Source of the DNA: a virus
Reading direction: 5' to 3' (one strand)
Length of the DNA stretch: 5,821 nucleotides
Virus record (IMG/VR): IMGVR_UViG_3300045988_014126
Span: 1-5,821 of that record
Each line of letters starts with the position of its first letter. Position 1 is the stretch's first letter. The notes under the pieces were generated by a model. That model was not told where the DNA came from, ran no database searches, and saw nothing but the letters and a program-made list of their open reading frames with translations. Shown here piece by piece: positions 4,724 through 5,821 of the stretch. A program made the translations under genes and the position numbers.

Positions 4724-5821
4724 TTAAATTCTTTCAATTCCGGGAATGCTGTAAATAGGCATCTCCCTGAACCAGTTTTCTGTGAAATAGAAGTCGCACA
4801 AGAACTGGTGCGATACGTTGCTTGTCACTGCAATCGTTCGGTCAATGTTCTGTGTTCCCTCTTGAATCCACTCCGCCGAGAGGCGCGGAAGTGCTTCATA
4901 ATCGTCTGCATAGTGCCATGCGTCCAAACTTGCCTGATAGTTCGATCGCATTTCTCCGGTTACGTAAGATGGCTTGTAGCGGTAATCCGCCCAAGCCTCC
5001 TGGTAGCCGAAGATTTCTTCGTCTTCATGAGTGCCTTGTGCATAGATTTCACGGTTATACACTGGCTGTTCGCCCAGTGCTGCCAATCGCGGATCGTAGT
5101 ATGTGAACCGCCCGCCACGCGTCCACTTGGTCGCAAGTCCTTGCTGGTAGCTGTGCTCTACTCGTACCACTGCCAGACCAATGATATAGCCGTATTCGGT
5201 CGCCGCATAGTCCACCATCTGCTTGCTACATGTGGTCAGACTGTATGCAGCCGTATTGCCCAGCGCCTGTCCGGTTGTCGTGTCTGTCTGGCTCGTCTGC
5301 ACAACCTGATTGACATTGATGGCGATGCGCTGACCGCCGATGTATTCAGGAATCTGTAGCCGGCTGTCCGGGCTTGTTACGCCCCATGTACCAGACAGGA
5401 ATTCACGGTATCTCGTGCCGTTTCTGGCGTCTGCTTCAAAGATGTGCTGCAAGGCAATTGCCATGCGCAAGTCTTGTATGCTGATTGCGCTTACGTTGCT
5501 AAGGTTTGCGCCTAGATATGCAACATCAAGTACTTGTTCTGTTGAGCTTGCGCTGCCTGTAACAAGTGAAGTTCTTGCTCCTTCTACATTGCTGTTGCCG
5601 ATGTTTGGCGCTAAAGCGCTTCCTGTTAACGTTTGGTTAAGGAAGATTTGATTTTTTCCTGCTACTGTCCCGAATTCTGTGAGATCTTGGTTTTTGTACA
5701 GTCCTACTGGTGCATTGCCCGTCAGGTTGATTTCCACAGGGTCAGATTTCAACGGACTTGGCAGACAGGACGTGAAGTAGTCGTGGAACTTACCCGCTTT
5801 TGCGGGCTTCATTCCGTATAA
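4724..5821 (-). CDS. VP1: Major capsid protein VP1/F, C-terminal part (aa 191-555); N-terminus is at 625..56 across the circular junction
   Basis: The 362-aa track ORF stays open upstream to the window edge. It contains conserved capsid motifs: FHDYFTSCLP, SIQDLRMAIALQHIFEADARNGTRYREFL and RLQIPEYIGG. An N/S/T/G-rich segment (about 5494..5749) sits where gokushovirus capsids carry their variable surface insertion. Confidence 0.92.
   Translation of the reverse strand, partial: LYGMKPAKAGKFHDYFTSCLPSPLKSDPVEINLTGNAPVGLYKNQDLTEFGTVAGKNQIFLNQTLTGSALAPNIGNSNVEGARTSLVTGSASSTEQVLDVAYLGANLSNVSAISIQDLRMAIALQHIFEADARNGTRYREFLSGTWGVTSPDSRLQIPEYIGGQRIAINVNQVVQTSQTDTTTGQALGNTAAYSLTTCSKQMVDYAATEYGYIIGLAVVRVEHSYQQGLATKWTRGGRFTYYDPRLAALGEQPVYNREIYAQGTHEDEEIFGYQEAWADYRYKPSYVTGEMRSNYQASLDAWHYADDYEALPRLSAEWIQEGTQNIDRTIAVTSNVSHQFLCDFYFTENWFREMPIYSIPGIERI
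5767..5821. repeat. Terminal direct repeat, second copy of 1..55
   Basis: Exact 55-nt identity with the window start. Confidence 0.95.

Noticed and set aside
4676-5359. 227-aa + strand ORF, plus other + strand ORFs such as 606..1073, 613..897, 4822..5106, 5340..5651, 3227..3463 and 4335..4634
   Set aside because: All lie antisense to strongly supported - strand genes. Their products are C/F/L/V/R-rich with no motifs, several use non-ATG starts, and none has an SD. These are typical shadow ORFs of a strand-biased genome.

Overview
The window is a complete, circularly permuted genome of a small ssDNA phage of the family Microviridae, with Gokushovirinae-like gene order. Bases 1..55 are identical to 5767..5821, so the unit genome is 5,766 nt, and the major capsid gene is split across the window ends. 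All credible genes lie on the - strand, so the window is the reverse complement of the coding/viral strand. In transcription order they are: Rep VP4 (3504->2500), a 63-aa hypothetical, a peptidase M15 cell-wall hydrolase, a 38-aa basic J-like DNA-binding protein, an untracked 38-aa ORF, a VP5-like protein, a VP3-like scaffolding protein, major capsid VP1 (625->1, continuing 5821->4724; 555 aa) and pilot protein VP2 (4685->3828). The points worth a second look are these. (a) A roughly 1.2 kb accessory module sits between VP4 and VP5. It carries an M15 peptidase with no visible holin or signal peptide and appears to have its own extended -10 promoter. (b) The single 323-nt noncoding region (3505..3827) holds nine copies of TGTTGAA in three clusters, a 21-nt perfect direct repeat, several palindromes and a hairpin over the rep start. 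(c) A GC-rich hairpin between VP1 and VP2 looks like an attenuating terminator and also bridges a distant Shine-Dalgarno to the VP2 ATG. A near copy of it lies inside the capsid gene. All product calls come from motifs read by eye, and no database search was possible.
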